Source: PVC group bacterium
GTDB lineage: Bacteria; Auribacterota; Erginobacteria; Erginobacterales; PUNC01
Assembly: GCA_003551625.1 (NCBI GenBank)
Contig: PUNC01000043.1
Span: forward strand, 11,027-75,026
Length of the DNA stretch: 64,000 nt
Direction of reading: 5' to 3'
Shown: positions 63,149-64,000 of the stretch, piece after piece
Numbering within the stretch: position 1 is the first letter of the stretch
Layout of the letters: each line of letters opens with the position of its first letter
Notes under the pieces: model-generated
Told to the model about the DNA's origin: nothing
Database searches by the model: none
What the model saw: the letters and a program-made list of their open reading frames with translations, nothing else
Program-made: the position numbers and the translations under genes

Positions 63149-63955
63149 ATGAAGGAGATAGACCGACTGCTCAAAGTAATCGACCGTCTGCGGGCTCCCG
63201 GCGGTTGCCCGTGGGACCGGGCGCAGACCATCGAGACCCTGCGGCCCGGTCTCCTGGACGAGGCTTACGAGGTGCTCTCGGCGATCAACTCGCTGGACGC
63301 GGAAAACCTGCGCGAAGAACTCGGCGATCTGCTCTTCGGAGTACTGATGCTCTGCCGTCAGGCCGAAGCCGAGTCCTCCATCACCCTGGCGGAGATCGCG
63401 CGCGGGATTGAGGAAAAAATTGTCCGCCGTCATCCCCACGTCTTCTCCGACCGGAAGGTCGACGGAGTGGCCGAGGTCCTGGAAAACTGGGAGGAGATCA
63501 AGCGGGGGGAGAAGAACCGGTCCCGGGCGAAGACCCTGTTCGAAGACCGGCTCCGCCACCTGCCGGCCCTGCGCCGGGCCCAGAAGATCCAGTCCCGCGC
63601 CCGCAAGGTCGGCTTCGACTGGAGCGAAGTTTCCGGGGTCTGCGACAAGATCTCCGAGGAACTGGCGGAGGTCAAAGAAGCGATGGCGGAGGGCAATAGG
63701 CGGGAGGTGGAGAAGGAGCTGGGTGATCTGCTCTTCTCGGTGGTCAACCTGGTCCGGTTTTACGAGCTTGAAGCCGAGAGCTGCCTGCACCGGATGATTG
63801 AGAGATGGATCGACCGTTTCCAGAAGATGGAGAGCCTGGTCAAAAGCCGGGGCAAGACCCTGGAAGCGAGCGGGTTTGAGGAACTGGACCGGGCCTGGGA
63901 GGAGATCGCGGAAAGGGAGAAGAAAGAGGCGAGGGAAGAGGAGAAATCCTCCTGA
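63149..63955 (+). CDS. mazG: Nucleoside triphosphate pyrophosphohydrolase MazG
   Basis: Tandem MazG EExxE motifs (LDEAYEVLSAI, EELGDLLF, ELGDLLFSVV). Confidence 0.85.
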   Translation: MKEIDRLLKVIDRLRAPGGCPWDRAQTIETLRPGLLDEAYEVLSAINSLDAENLREELGDLLFGVLMLCRQAEAESSITLAEIARGIEEKIVRRHPHVFSDRKVDGVAEVLENWEEIKRGEKNRSRAKTLFEDRLRHLPALRRAQKIQSRARKVGFDWSEVSGVCDKISEELAEVKEAMAEGNRREVEKELGDLLFSVVNLVRFYELEAESCLHRMIERWIDRFQKMESLVKSRGKTLEASGFEELDRAWEEIAEREKKEAREEEKSS

Positions 63956-63963
63956 CATAAGGA

Positions 63964-63991
63964 TTGACAATTCTGCCGATCCCGGTATAAT
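63964..63991 (+). promoter_or_regulatory. Near-consensus sigma70 promoter TTGACA-N16-TATAAT at the window end
   Basis: Read directly: ttgacaattctgccgatcccggtataat. Confidence 0.5.
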
Positions 63992-64000
63992 GCGTTCATT

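Overview
High-GC (~65%) bacterial chromosomal segment, almost entirely core housekeeping genes on the + strand. From 5' to 3' it contains:
- a TPR protein with a Pro-rich linker, 5' partial, and a LysM/TPR lipoprotein;
- secA, lnt, prfB (with its programmed +1 frameshift), lysS and the lolE/C-lolD lipoprotein-release genes;
- a class IV aminotransferase and a Gram-positive-style mcsA-mcsB...clpC module, with a lipoprotein 5'-nucleotidase inserted between mcsB and clpC;
- a TPR protein, proS, a BtpA-family protein and hppA (H+/Na+-pyrophosphatase, minus strand);
- the canonical nusA-infB-DUF503-rbfA-nrnA-truB-ribF-rpsO-pnp supra-operon;
- ftsK, a RodZ-like HTH protein, rimO, pgsA, pgpA, a BamD-like TPR protein, an LptE-like protein and holA;
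- rpsT (minus) divergent from murJ;
- a Udk/PRK-family kinase followed by an SOS mutagenesis cassette, lexA - short imuB-like - dnaE2;
- a GH53-like lipoprotein, comF, rluB/rsuA, a hypothetical periplasmic protein and clpB;
- an accessory-looking tail: a SAM methyltransferase (minus), a PflX-like radical SAM enzyme, two small membrane proteins, a large secreted beta-CASP MBL nuclease-TPR-Ada-Zn fusion (minus) and mazG.

No rRNA, tRNA, CRISPR, IS or phage genes were found.

The most unusual content is non-coding, a family of mosaic intergenic repeat elements:
- 12-mer TACTCTTACACN tandem arrays at four loci;
- a ~140-bp composite element at two loci;
- REP-like hairpin units with compensatory stem mutations;
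- ATGACGAA, ACAGGATA and GCATAG micro-tandems.

These are concentrated in two ~600-bp regions that flank the prfB-lysS-lolED block as same-orientation direct repeats. A third locus between the kinase gene and lexA holds three tandem GAAA-tetraloop stem-loops with covariation, directly upstream of a perfect candidate LexA operator palindrome. I could not identify a clear-cut novel multi-gene system. The candidates for follow-up are the repeat/hairpin families, the mcsAB-clpC module lacking ctsR in a diderm, the short ImuB, the Cys-rich SecA segment and the MBL-TPR-Ada protein cluster.
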